64,000 nt of DNA from Candidatus Latescibacterota bacterium (GTDB lineage: Bacteria > Latescibacterota > UBA2968 > UBA8231). The translations under genes and the position numbers were made by a program. Position 1 is the first letter of the stretch. Each line of letters opens with the position of its first letter. Under the pieces are notes generated by a model, which worked only from the letters and a program-made list of their open reading frames with translations, searched no databases and was not told the origin of the DNA. Of the stretch, positions 10,363 through 19,257 are shown piece after piece. The DNA lies in assembly GCA_965261395.1 (NCBI GenBank), contig OZ253462.1:928001-992000 (forward strand), read 5' to 3'.

Positions 10363-11352
10363 CTACGAAGTTCGCGGTTCTTTATTTACCGCTTGGATCA
10401 TGGCGATGATATACCCGAACTGAAAAGCCCAGGCTTGGCGCACCCGGCCCGATACGCCCGCGGGCGGCTTGTCATCGGGATGGGACGGCGCGTGGTCGGG
10501 CATCAGCATGTATTCATAGCCTACGTCCCTCAGGGTGCGCGCCACCTCGTGCATGTCCACGTCGCCTTCGTCGGGCCAGACCTCTTGGAAATTGTGCAGC
10601 CCGCCCTTGATGTTGCGGTAGTGGATGTTGAAGAGCTTCCCGCGCTCGCCGAAATAGCGCACGATGTCGCAGAGTTCCTCGGCCGGATTTTCCAAGCCCT
10701 CAGACGCCACACCGCAACAAAAATTAAAGCCATGATACGGGCTATCGACCAGTTCGGAAAAGCGCTTGAGCCCCTCCATCACCGGCCAGTTCCAGCGCTC
10801 GACGCCGCGCAAGACGGGAGCTGGCGGGTCGTTGAGATGGCAGGCCAGCTGCACTTTGTTCTCCTCGGCTACCGGAATTACGCGCTCCAGCCAGTAGGCC
10901 GCCCGTTCAAACGCTTCTTCGCGGCTGACTACGCCCGCTTCGCTCAGCGTCTCGTTGTCGTATTTCGCTAGGTCAAATGAGCTGTACATCACGCCCCCAC
11001 GCCCGGGCGTGGGGGCGGTGCGCTGGTGCGGCAGGATGCAAAAGTTGTAGAGCAACGCCCGCAGCCCGGCCTTACCCGCGTTTTCGATCCAGCGGCAGAC
11101 CTCGTCGAGGTCTCGGTCGCGCTTCGGGTCCTGCGCCAGCGTGACGCTTTTGGGCACGCCGATGTGGGTCGACTCCAAGCTCACTCCATACTCAGCCGCC
11201 GCCTCCTTGTGCCGCACTAAGGTCTTGACCTCGTTGTCCTCTACCGAGGCGTTCATGTGTGTCACCCCATGTCGCACCAGAAACTCCAGCTCTACCTTTG
11301 AGGTCCCGATCCCTTGCACCCCGACGTGCATCCCGCCTTGTCCGTCACTCAT
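10363..11352 (-). CDS. uxuA: Mannonate dehydratase family protein
   Basis: YNF, LERVIPVAEE, ACHLNDPP, FCCG, HYRNIKG, DEGDVDM and MPDHAP motifs. Confidence 0.8.
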   Translation of the reverse strand: MSDGQGGMHVGVQGIGTSKVELEFLVRHGVTHMNASVEDNEVKTLVRHKEAAAEYGVSLESTHIGVPKSVTLAQDPKRDRDLDEVCRWIENAGKAGLRALLYNFCILPHQRTAPTPGRGGVMYSSFDLAKYDNETLSEAGVVSREEAFERAAYWLERVIPVAEENKVQLACHLNDPPAPVLRGVERWNWPVMEGLKRFSELVDSPYHGFNFCCGVASEGLENPAEELCDIVRYFGERGKLFNIHYRNIKGGLHNFQEVWPDEGDVDMHEVARTLRDVGYEYMLMPDHAPSHPDDKPPAGVSGRVRQAWAFQFGYIIAMIQAVNKEPRTS

Positions 11353-11393
11353 TTTCGTTGCCCCTTTCTAGAAAATGACAAAGTGAATCACCG

Positions 11394-12179
11394 CTAGGCC
11401 GATGCCCCTGAATAGTGCCGCACCCCCCACAGCCAAAACGCCCGCGCCCCCACTAGCATGCCCCCCGCCATTGCCAACGCGCCCCACAACACCTCCGGCG
11501 ACAACCGCCCCACCAAAGCCTCCGACGGCACAGTCACCGCAAAGGCCACCGGTACCAGAAAAGTCATCGCCAGCTTGAGCCAGCGCGGATAGATGGCCAC
11601 CGGATACTTGCCAGCATTGTAAACGGCTTGGAAGATCACTAGGATGTTTTCTGCTCTGATAAACCAGAATGTAGTTGTTGCTAGCACCAGCCAAAAACTG
11701 TAGACGATTGCCGCGCCAGCCGCAAGCGTCAGGGCAAATCCCGCCGCGTGTGCAAGGCTCGTCTGCATCCCGATTTCGACTAGGGCTACTGCAATCAGTG
11801 CCGTCCCCTGCACTACGTCCAAAAACTTCCAAATCCGCACCTCGCCGACGCTCACTAGCACTTGTGAGTCCTCCGGCTTAGTGAGGGTAAAGTCCAGCGT
11901 TCCTAGGCGCACGTCCTCCATAAAGCGCTGCATCGACGGCTGGATCAGCGCGCCAATCAGGCCGCTCATCAGGAAGAACACCCCCAAGAGAGCCACCAGT
12001 TCGGCCGGTTGCCAGCCGCCCAGTTCCTCGGTATGCGAGAAAATCACCGCCAAACCCGCCAGCGCGACTCCTAGATTGAGCAAGCTCTGCAGGAGCTGCA
12101 CCCAGAAATTGGCTCGGTACGCCAGTTCGTTCATTGCGCCGATGCGCAGAAAGATCCACAGTAGCCGTAAATAGTTCAT
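11394..12179 (-). CDS. ABC-2 family permease
   Basis: Real start is MNYLRLL at 12179, in an ATGA overlap with the upstream gene. Motifs YRANF, GTLDFTLTKP and GKYP; about 6 TM segments. Confidence 0.85.
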   Translation of the reverse strand: MNYLRLLWIFLRIGAMNELAYRANFWVQLLQSLLNLGVALAGLAVIFSHTEELGGWQPAELVALLGVFFLMSGLIGALIQPSMQRFMEDVRLGTLDFTLTKPEDSQVLVSVGEVRIWKFLDVVQGTALIAVALVEIGMQTSLAHAAGFALTLAAGAAIVYSFWLVLATTTFWFIRAENILVIFQAVYNAGKYPVAIYPRWLKLAMTFLVPVAFAVTVPSEALVGRLSPEVLWGALAMAGGMLVGARAFWLWGVRHYSGASA

Positions 12180-12979
12180 GAGCCGACCGCCGAGTATCTG
12201 CGCACGCCGCGCGACCAGACCGCGGTCAGAATCCCCCAGCTCAGCCCCAGCCACACCACCTGGGTCGCCGCGCCCCAGAGCACTTCGGTGGGCGTGAGTC
12301 GGCCGAGCAGCAGTTCGGTGGGAAAGGCCAGCATCCAGCGGAAGGGCAAAAGCGCGGCCAGCGTCTGGAGCCACTCGGGCAAAAGCGACAGCGGTGCCAT
12401 CTGGCCCGAAAAGAAAAGCGCGGCCGCGAAGTAGAGTTGGTTGGCCGCGGCCGTGCGCGTGGTCCACAGAGCCACTAAAGCCAGTGCCCACTCGACGAAA
12501 AAGCGCATCAGGAAAGCCAGCAGGATGACAGGTATCGAGGCCCAAATTGCCCAAGCCGGCGGGTCGAAGACGGGATCGAAGAGCCAGATCATTAGACCCA
12601 CCGTCGGCAGCATTACCGCCAGGGTCAGAAACTTGTAGGAGATATTCGTGGCGATGTCGCGGTGGATCGGGTGCAGCGGCTGGAGCAGGAGCGGCGAAAA
12701 GCCCCCCGACCGCACCCGATATTCAAATTCGAACATGAACCAAGTAAACGTCAGGTGGCCCACCATCATCATGACGATGTAGTAGGCGGCAAAGTCCCCG
12801 GTAGAGAAGTCGCCCACCTGCCCGCCCTGCGAGTGGGCCACCGCCGTCCACACCGAAAGGAAGACCAGCGCGTCGACGACGCGCCCGATCAGCCAGATTG
12901 CCATTGCCGCCCGGTACTGGAACTGCACGGCCAAATCGGTGCGGAAGAGCGTGGTGTAGATGTCGGCTAGCCCCCTCAT
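12176..12979 (-). CDS. ABC-2 family permease
   Basis: QYRAA, VRSGGFSPLLLQP, FSGQMAPL and LPF motifs; multiple TM segments. Confidence 0.85.
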   Translation of the reverse strand: MRGLADIYTTLFRTDLAVQFQYRAAMAIWLIGRVVDALVFLSVWTAVAHSQGGQVGDFSTGDFAAYYIVMMMVGHLTFTWFMFEFEYRVRSGGFSPLLLQPLHPIHRDIATNISYKFLTLAVMLPTVGLMIWLFDPVFDPPAWAIWASIPVILLAFLMRFFVEWALALVALWTTRTAAANQLYFAAALFFSGQMAPLSLLPEWLQTLAALLPFRWMLAFPTELLLGRLTPTEVLWGAATQVVWLGLSWGILTAVWSRGVRRYSAVGS

Positions 12980-13968
12980 GCGCGTTCAAAAACTTCTTCG
13001 ATCACGTCCTCAATTGGCGGATCTTCCACCGTCAGATCGAGAACGGGTTGCTCTCTGAGGAGCCGTCCGGTCACCTGCGCCGTCTCCGCCTTGGGCACTC
13101 GCAGCGATACGCGCCCCTCGCTACTGGCGACTATTTCTCCATAGCCGCCGAGGTCTCCGTGCCCATTTTCCAGTTCGACGATGATCGTCTTGTGCGGTGA
13201 GAAGCGCTGCACTAGCTCGGTGAGCTGGCCGTCAAAGAGCAGCAGGCCGCGGTGGATGACCACCACCCGTTTACACAGCGCCTCGACATCGGCCATGTAG
13301 TGACTAGTGAGGAGCACGGTGGCACCGTAGCGCTGATTGTATTCGCTTAAAAAGGCGCGGATCCGCCGCTGCATGGTCACGTCGAGGCCGATGGTCGGCT
13401 CATCGAGGAAGAGGACTTGCGGCTTGTGCAAAAGCGCGACGGCAACTTCGCACTTCATGCGCTCGCCCAAGGAGAGGTTGCGCACGGGCTTGTCGAGGAG
13501 CTCACCTAGGTCGAGGAGCGCGGTCAGTTCGTCGACTGTTTGCTGGTACGCGCTCCGGTCTAGACGGTAGATAGCCCGGTTGCGTTCAAAGGAGTCGATT
13601 ACCGGAATGTCCCACAGTAGCTGGTTGCGATTGCCCATCACCAAGGTGATCTGGCGGAGGAAATCGCGCTGCCTTTTGAACGGCTCAAAACCGAGGACTC
13701 GCCCTTGTCCGCCGGAGGGGTACAGGAGGCCCGAAAGCATCTTGAGGCTGGTGGTCTTGCCCGCGCCATTTGGCCCCAAGAAGCCGACGATTTCGCCGGG
13801 GGCGACCTCAAAGCTGATCTGCTTAACCGCCTCGACTTGGCGCGTCTGGCGCTGCACTAGGCTCTTGAGCGCCGCGGCCAAGCCGCCCTCGCGCACGGGG
13901 ACCGCATAGGTCTTGCTCAATTCGCGGACATCAATGGCGGGCACTGCCAAGGGCTTTGCGCCTCCCAC
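12976..13968 (-). CDS. ABC transporter ATP-binding protein
   Basis: Walker A GPNGAGKT, signature LSLGERMK, Walker B LFLDEPT, H-loop TSH. Confidence 0.92.
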   Translation of the reverse strand: MGGAKPLAVPAIDVRELSKTYAVPVREGGLAAALKSLVQRQTRQVEAVKQISFEVAPGEIVGFLGPNGAGKTTSLKMLSGLLYPSGGQGRVLGFEPFKRQRDFLRQITLVMGNRNQLLWDIPVIDSFERNRAIYRLDRSAYQQTVDELTALLDLGELLDKPVRNLSLGERMKCEVAVALLHKPQVLFLDEPTIGLDVTMQRRIRAFLSEYNQRYGATVLLTSHYMADVEALCKRVVVIHRGLLLFDGQLTELVQRFSPHKTIIVELENGHGDLGGYGEIVASSEGRVSLRVPKAETAQVTGRLLREQPVLDLTVEDPPIEDVIEEVFERA

Positions 13969-14056
13969 GGGTTAGGGGTAAAGGGCGAATATAACCGAAA
14001 GGATTAACAGGGAAAATAAGCTATCGGCGCGTCTCCACTGCCGAAGGTGCCCGATC

Positions 14057-14668
14057 CTAGGCGAGGGGTCGGCCGCAGAGCCGAGTGCGCATGGAATCGA
14101 GGGGAAAGGCTGGGCCGGGATCGACCTTGCGCGAGGGAGCGATTTCCTCGTGGCCGAGAATGTGCTGGATGTCGTAGCGTTGGATCAGCGCAGCGCAAAT
14201 CGCCTCGACGACCGCTAGCTGTTCGCTTGGGTAGCGGTGCCAGTAGGAGGCCTCCGACTGGTTGCGATGGACGCCGTGCACCACTTCCTCGGGCGGATAT
14301 AGCTGCCCAAACCAAGACTCGTAGCCGCCATCTCGCTCGCAAAGCTGGCCGGCGTTATCGATCTCGATGCCGATTGCATATTTGTTAAACCCCGAGCGCG
14401 TCCCCCACTGGCTCACGCCAGCATGCCAGCCGATGATGTCGAAGGGCAACAACTGCGTCACCGCGCCGTCGCGAGCCACCACTAGATGGGCCGAGACCTT
14501 GTTTTCGCGCTGGTCGTCGCAGAGGGTGTGGATGGCCGATTCGGCGTTGGCACCGGCCGTATAGTGAATGACGATGGTGTCCGGCAGCCCTAGGGCAAAT
14601 GGGTCGCCTTGGTTGGGCGATTCGATGTAGTTGACGCCTTTGAAGCGGTGGTTAAGGTCTATTTCCAT
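14057..14668 (-). CDS. N-acetylmuramoyl-L-alanine amidase (Amidase_2/AmpD-like)
   Basis: IVIHYT, VSAH, WHAG, IGIE and GHEEIAPSRKVDPGPAF motifs. Confidence 0.9.
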   Translation of the reverse strand: MEIDLNHRFKGVNYIESPNQGDPFALGLPDTIVIHYTAGANAESAIHTLCDDQRENKVSAHLVVARDGAVTQLLPFDIIGWHAGVSQWGTRSGFNKYAIGIEIDNAGQLCERDGGYESWFGQLYPPEEVVHGVHRNQSEASYWHRYPSEQLAVVEAICAALIQRYDIQHILGHEEIAPSRKVDPGPAFPLDSMRTRLCGRPLA

Positions 14669-14815
14669 AGTATTTTCAGTAGATGCGTTTTCTACACAAT
14701 AGACGCGGAGGGCCGCAGTCGATAGGTGCTATTTCGTTGTAGAGCCACGATTAAGATATATTATACGAAATGCGAAAACGCGTCGAGCATCACCTCCCTT
14801 TAGGGTTGACTGCCC

Positions 14816-15856
14816 ATGACAACTGACGAATATGCCGCTGATCTCGCGTGGCAGCGCGCGATCCTGCAAGAGGTATCGCGCACGTTCGCGCTCACCATTC
14901 CGCAGCTTCCGTCGGGCCTGCGCGATGTCGTCGGCAACGCGTATCTGCTGTGCCGCATCGCGGACACCATCGAGGATGAGCCGACTCTCTCGGCCGACGG
15001 GAAGCGCGAATTTTCCGAGCGATTCATCCGGGTCGTCGCGGGTGAGGAGCCGCCCGCCCCATTCGCCGAGCAACTCGCGCCGCGCCTGTCCGACAGCATG
15101 CTACTCGCCGAACGCCAGCTCGTGGCCAACACCCCTCGGGTGCTGCGGATCACGCAAGGGTTTTCCGACCGGCAGCGCGCCGTACTCGTGCGCTGTGTGC
15201 GGATCATGTCGCATGGCATGGCCGAGTTTCAGCAAAGCCCGGGCCTCAAAGGCCTAGACGACCTCCCCCATCTCGACCGCTACTGCTACCATGTCGCCGG
15301 CGTCGTCGGCGAGATGCTCACCGAGTTGTTTTGCGATTACTCGACGGAAATCGACCGCCATCGCAAGAAGTTGTTGCAGCTTGCGGTGTCGTTCGGCCAA
15401 GGCTTGCAGATGACCAATATCCTCAAGGACATCTGGGATGATCGGGCGCGCGGCGCGTGTTGGCTGCCGCGCGACGTGTTCCAGCAATCCGGGTTTGATC
15501 TGCACTCGCTAGAGGCTGGCCAGACGAATCCCGCGTTCCACCCGGCGCTGAGCAAGTTGGTCGGCGTGGCCCGGATGCACCTCGGCAATGCGCTGGCGTT
15601 CACCTTGCTCATCCCCGGGCGCGAAACCGGCATTCGCCGGTTCTGCCTTTGGGCCTTGGGCATGGCCGTACTGACATTGCGCCGCATCCACGCCCACGCG
15701 GATTTTACCAGTGGGCAGCAGGTCAAAATTTCGCGGCGCAGCGTGTGGGCAACCGTGATCGTGACCAGCCTTGCGGCGCGCAGCGACGTTGTGCTCAAAG
15801 CGCTGTTTGCGCGGTTTACGCGCAAGCTGCCCTCGCATGTCGAGGTATCGGCTTGA
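14816..15856 (+). CDS. Squalene/phytoene synthase family (squalene-synthase-like)
   Basis: VSRTF, DTIEDE, YCYHVAGVVG and GLQMTNILKDIWDD motifs. Confidence 0.88.
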   Translation: MTTDEYAADLAWQRAILQEVSRTFALTIPQLPSGLRDVVGNAYLLCRIADTIEDEPTLSADGKREFSERFIRVVAGEEPPAPFAEQLAPRLSDSMLLAERQLVANTPRVLRITQGFSDRQRAVLVRCVRIMSHGMAEFQQSPGLKGLDDLPHLDRYCYHVAGVVGEMLTELFCDYSTEIDRHRKKLLQLAVSFGQGLQMTNILKDIWDDRARGACWLPRDVFQQSGFDLHSLEAGQTNPAFHPALSKLVGVARMHLGNALAFTLLIPGRETGIRRFCLWALGMAVLTLRRIHAHADFTSGQQVKISRRSVWATVIVTSLAARSDVVLKALFARFTRKLPSHVEVSA

Positions 15857-15930
15857 AGTTGGGCGCATAGCAGACTTCAGTGCTGTTTTTTATCTTCTAG
15901 CCTTCATCAAATTCTCGGAGAAATTTCACC

Positions 15931-17151
15931 ATGCAGTTTGATCTTGTACTCAAGGGCGGACACCTGATTGACCCCCAAAACGGCATTGATGCGCCCAAGG
16001 ACATTGGAATCCAGGGGAAGGTGATCGCGGCCGTAGATGCGGATTTGCCAACGGAGGGTGCCGGGCAGGTCATCGACGTGAGCGGACTCTACGTGACGCC
16101 GGGGCTAGTGGACATCCACATCCACGCCTATGCCACGGCCGGTCACCGCAATACGTGGGCTGGCGACAACAGCATCCTGCCCGACGGCTTTAGTTTCCGC
16201 ACCGGGGTGACGACGCTGGTGGATACCGGGAGCGCGGGCTGGCGCAACTTTGCGGACTTTCGCTATCGGGTAATCGACCGCTGCCAGACGCGGCTCTTCG
16301 CGCTGGTCAACATCGCCGGCACCGGAATGACCTCTATCGACCACGAGCAGAATCCGTACGACATGGATCCCGACAAGACGGCGGGCGTGGCGCGAGAAAA
16401 CGAGGACGTAGTCGTCGGCATCAAAACGGCGCACTACATAGGCCCCGAATGGATTTCGGTCGATCGCACGCTCGCGGCCGCCGAGCAGGCCGCGACGCGG
16501 GTGATGATCGACTTTGGCTACTTCAGAAAGGAGCGGCCCTACTACCAGCTCTTGGGCGAAAAACTGCGCCCGGGCGACATAAGCACCCACATCTTCCGCG
16601 GGCCGACGCCGTGGTTTGACGCGGAGGGCAAGGTGTTGCCCTACCTGCACGAGGCGCGGGCGAGGGGCGTCATCTTGGACGTGGGGCACGGTGGCGGCAG
16701 TTTCTGTTTCCGCAACGCGGTCCCAGCCATCGCCCAAGGTTTCTATCCAGATTCAATCTCGACCGATCTACACGCCCTCTGCATGAATATGGGTATGCTC
16801 GACATGGCGACGACCATGTCGAAATTTCTGGTGATGGGCATGCCGCTCGGCGAAATCATCCGCGCCTCAACCATCAACCCGGCGCGGGAGATTGGCCACC
16901 CCGAGTTGGGGCACCTGTCGGTGGGTGCTGTGGCCGATGTGGCGGTTTTGCAGCAGATGGAGGGAAATTTTGGCTTCGCCGATTCTTTTGACGGCCGGTT
17001 AGACGGCCACCAGCGGCTGTTTTGCGAGCTGACGGTCAAGGATGGCGAAGTGGTCTGGGACTGGAATGGCCGCGTGGGGATTGCCTACCCTGAACTCGGC
17101 GAAAGCTATGGGATCCGCGAGGGCGAGTACCTGGTACTGCCACCGGAGTAA
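15931..17151 (+). CDS. Amidohydrolase/deacetylase (dihydroorotase-like) metallohydrolase
   Basis: PGLVDIHIH, GIK, DVGHG, ISTD and NPA motifs. Confidence 0.85.
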   Translation: MQFDLVLKGGHLIDPQNGIDAPKDIGIQGKVIAAVDADLPTEGAGQVIDVSGLYVTPGLVDIHIHAYATAGHRNTWAGDNSILPDGFSFRTGVTTLVDTGSAGWRNFADFRYRVIDRCQTRLFALVNIAGTGMTSIDHEQNPYDMDPDKTAGVARENEDVVVGIKTAHYIGPEWISVDRTLAAAEQAATRVMIDFGYFRKERPYYQLLGEKLRPGDISTHIFRGPTPWFDAEGKVLPYLHEARARGVILDVGHGGGSFCFRNAVPAIAQGFYPDSISTDLHALCMNMGMLDMATTMSKFLVMGMPLGEIIRASTINPAREIGHPELGHLSVGAVADVAVLQQMEGNFGFADSFDGRLDGHQRLFCELTVKDGEVVWDWNGRVGIAYPELGESYGIREGEYLVLPPE

Positions 17152-17157
17152 GCACCT

Positions 17158-17970
17158 GTGAGCACTGCTGCCGAACGCGATTACTTGTTGGGGACCGACG
17201 AGGAGGAACTGCGCCGCCTGCAAGCGCAGCACGACACGTGGCGCCCCGAGACCGCAGACTTGTGGGAGCGTGCCGATTTCAGTGTCGGGCAGGCGATTCT
17301 CGATCTAGGTTGCGGACCGGGTTTTACCAGCTTGGAACTGGCCGAGCGCGTGGGAGCAGAGGGGCGCGTTTTGGCGGTTGATGGGTCGCCGAAGTTTGCG
17401 GATTTTCTCCGGCACCGCGCCGGGTCAGCCGGCTTGCAGCAAGTCGAGGTCGCCGTAGCGGATGTCCGCACCCTCGACCTGCCGGCCGCTTCTATGGACG
17501 CTGCGTTTGCCCGCTGGTTGTTCTGCTTCATAGAGGAGCCGCAAGGGGTGATAGAGCGGGTGGCGCGAGTGTTGAGAACGGGCGGTCGCTTAGTGGTTGT
17601 GGATTACTGCGCTTATGGGGCGTTTGTCGCCCGGATTGAGCATCCCCACTTGCGGCGCGTGTTGCGGGCGGTCCATGAGAGTTTTGAAGAGAGGTTGGAT
17701 ATCGGCGGGAAGCTGCCGGAGCTAATGGCGCGGTGCGGTTTGGAGGCCGTGGAGGTCGTCCCCATCGACGGTATTGCCCGCCCCGGCGACCGCATCTGGC
17801 GCTGGATAGAGCAGTTCCTGCGCGTGTATCTGCCCGAGCTTGTGGTGCGCGGCGCATTGCGCGAGGAAGAGTGCGCCGCGCACTGGGAAGAGTGGCAGGC
17901 AAACGCCCGCGATCCGCACGCTAGCATTGCATCGCCGCCCATGGTTGGCGCGATTGGCATCAAGGTCTGA
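17158..17970 (+). CDS. Class I SAM-dependent methyltransferase
   Basis: LDLGCGPG motif I; LRTGG. Confidence 0.85.
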   Translation: MSTAAERDYLLGTDEEELRRLQAQHDTWRPETADLWERADFSVGQAILDLGCGPGFTSLELAERVGAEGRVLAVDGSPKFADFLRHRAGSAGLQQVEVAVADVRTLDLPAASMDAAFARWLFCFIEEPQGVIERVARVLRTGGRLVVVDYCAYGAFVARIEHPHLRRVLRAVHESFEERLDIGGKLPELMARCGLEAVEVVPIDGIARPGDRIWRWIEQFLRVYLPELVVRGALREEECAAHWEEWQANARDPHASIASPPMVGAIGIKV

Positions 17971-18007
17971 GGGCCGCCGGCCGGCCGTATATAAAGGAAA
18001 ACATCCG

Positions 18008-18445
18008 GTGAAAATCGTCTCTGCGCTTCTGCTCCTTGTCGTCGGATGCGGGCAAGAGCACACCGGCGATCCCATCGTCGTGCGCGACGCTTGGATCCGG
18101 GAGCCGCCCCCGCGCAGCCCGGCCGCCGGTTACTTAGTCGTTGAAAATCGGGGCGGCGAATCCGTCGAGTTGGTCGCTGTGGCAACCGAGGCTGCCGAGC
18201 AAACCGAGATACATGTAATGGAATACAAAAACGACCGGATGACGATGCGCCGAGTCGAAGGGCTACAGGTCCCAGCGGGCGGAGAGGTTGCGCTGAAGCC
18301 GGGCGGTGCCCACTTGATGCTAATGGAGCTACGTCAGCCGCTGCGGGACGGCGATGAGGTGGAGCTGGTGCTGCGCTTTGACGATGGAACGGAAAGGCGC
18401 ACTCAGGTGCCGGTGCGGAAGAAAGGTCTTTATGAGAGCGAGTGA
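18008..18445 (+). CDS. Copper chaperone PCu(A)C lipoprotein
   Basis: GTG start at 18008 and lipobox VVGC. Motifs DAWIR, EIHVM...MTM and LKPGGAHLMLM. Confidence 0.88.
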   Translation: MKIVSALLLLVVGCGQEHTGDPIVVRDAWIREPPPRSPAAGYLVVENRGGESVELVAVATEAAEQTEIHVMEYKNDRMTMRRVEGLQVPAGGEVALKPGGAHLMLMELRQPLRDGDEVELVLRFDDGTERRTQVPVRKKGLYESE

Positions 18446-19058
18446 CACGCTGGTTTTTTGCGCGGTTTTTGCACTGCTCGGAGCCTGCGGCGCTCAGCCG
18501 GAGGCCCAAAAGGCCCCGGTGGCCGAAACCCCCACCCCCGTGGAGGTCCCCTCCTTGCGGGATTTCGGCGGCATTGGCGGCGACTTTGCGCTCGAGGACC
18601 AGCACGGTGCGCCCTTTGAGTTGCAAGGTTTGCGCGGCCAAGCCGCTATGCTCTTCTTCGGCTACACCTATTGCCCCGACATCTGCCCAGTGACCCTGTC
18701 GAAGATGGGCCGCGTCTATCAGCTCTTAGACGAGCGCCAGCAAGAGCTGACGACCCTCTTTGTCACCGTTGACCCCAAGCGCGATACGCAGGAGAAGCTG
18801 GCGGAATACCTCGACTACTTCGCCATTGATGCGATTGGCCTGCGCGGCGACAAGGAGGAAATCGACCAGGTTGTGCGTCAGTATGGCGGCCACTATAGCC
18901 TCGGAGAGGAGCAGGCCTCCTACTTAGTCGATCACTCGACCTATACCTACCTGATTGATCAGCAGGGCAAGGTGCGGTTCCTCTTCCGCCAGAGCGATGG
19001 CCCAGAGCTGATGGCAGCGGTGACCGAGCAACTCTTCGCCGAGGTAGAAAAGCCATGA
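18432..19058 (+). CDS. SCO family copper protein
   Basis: ATG 18432 and lipobox LGAC. Motifs FFGYTYCPDICP, VDPKRD and VDHS. Confidence 0.9.
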   Translation: MRASDTLVFCAVFALLGACGAQPEAQKAPVAETPTPVEVPSLRDFGGIGGDFALEDQHGAPFELQGLRGQAAMLFFGYTYCPDICPVTLSKMGRVYQLLDERQQELTTLFVTVDPKRDTQEKLAEYLDYFAIDAIGLRGDKEEIDQVVRQYGGHYSLGEEQASYLVDHSTYTYLIDQQGKVRFLFRQSDGPELMAAVTEQLFAEVEKP

Positions 19059-19207
19059 AAAACGTCTTATATAACGTCTTATACAAAACAACCAAGGTCG
19101 TCCACGCGCTGTTTTGGTTTCCGTTGAGTCCGATCATCGGCCCGGATTTTCCGCAGTGCTTTCTGTTTAAGGGCCGGCAAAAGAAGCCGACTCAGACCGA
19201 TCAGTAG
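19055..19207 (+). CDS. Putative 50-aa small protein (not in ORF track)
   Basis: ATGA overlap with the sco stop. Translates to MKNVLYNVLYKTTKVVHALFWFPLSPIIGPDFPQCFLFKGRQKKPTQTDQ. Confidence 0.45.
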   Translation: MKNVLYNVLYKTTKVVHALFWFPLSPIIGPDFPQCFLFKGRQKKPTQTDQ

Positions 19208-19257
19208 CCGACGTTTTAATTCCATCCGAACAACATCTCCAAGGATCCATAGCAACC

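Noticed and set aside
12180-12554. N-terminal extension of the 386-aa permease ORF
   Set aside because: Overlaps the upstream permease. The ATGA-coupled start at 12179 is far more plausible.
17613-18641. 342-aa antisense ORF across the methyltransferase, PCuAC and SCO genes
   Set aside because: Lies opposite three well-supported genes and has low-complexity composition.
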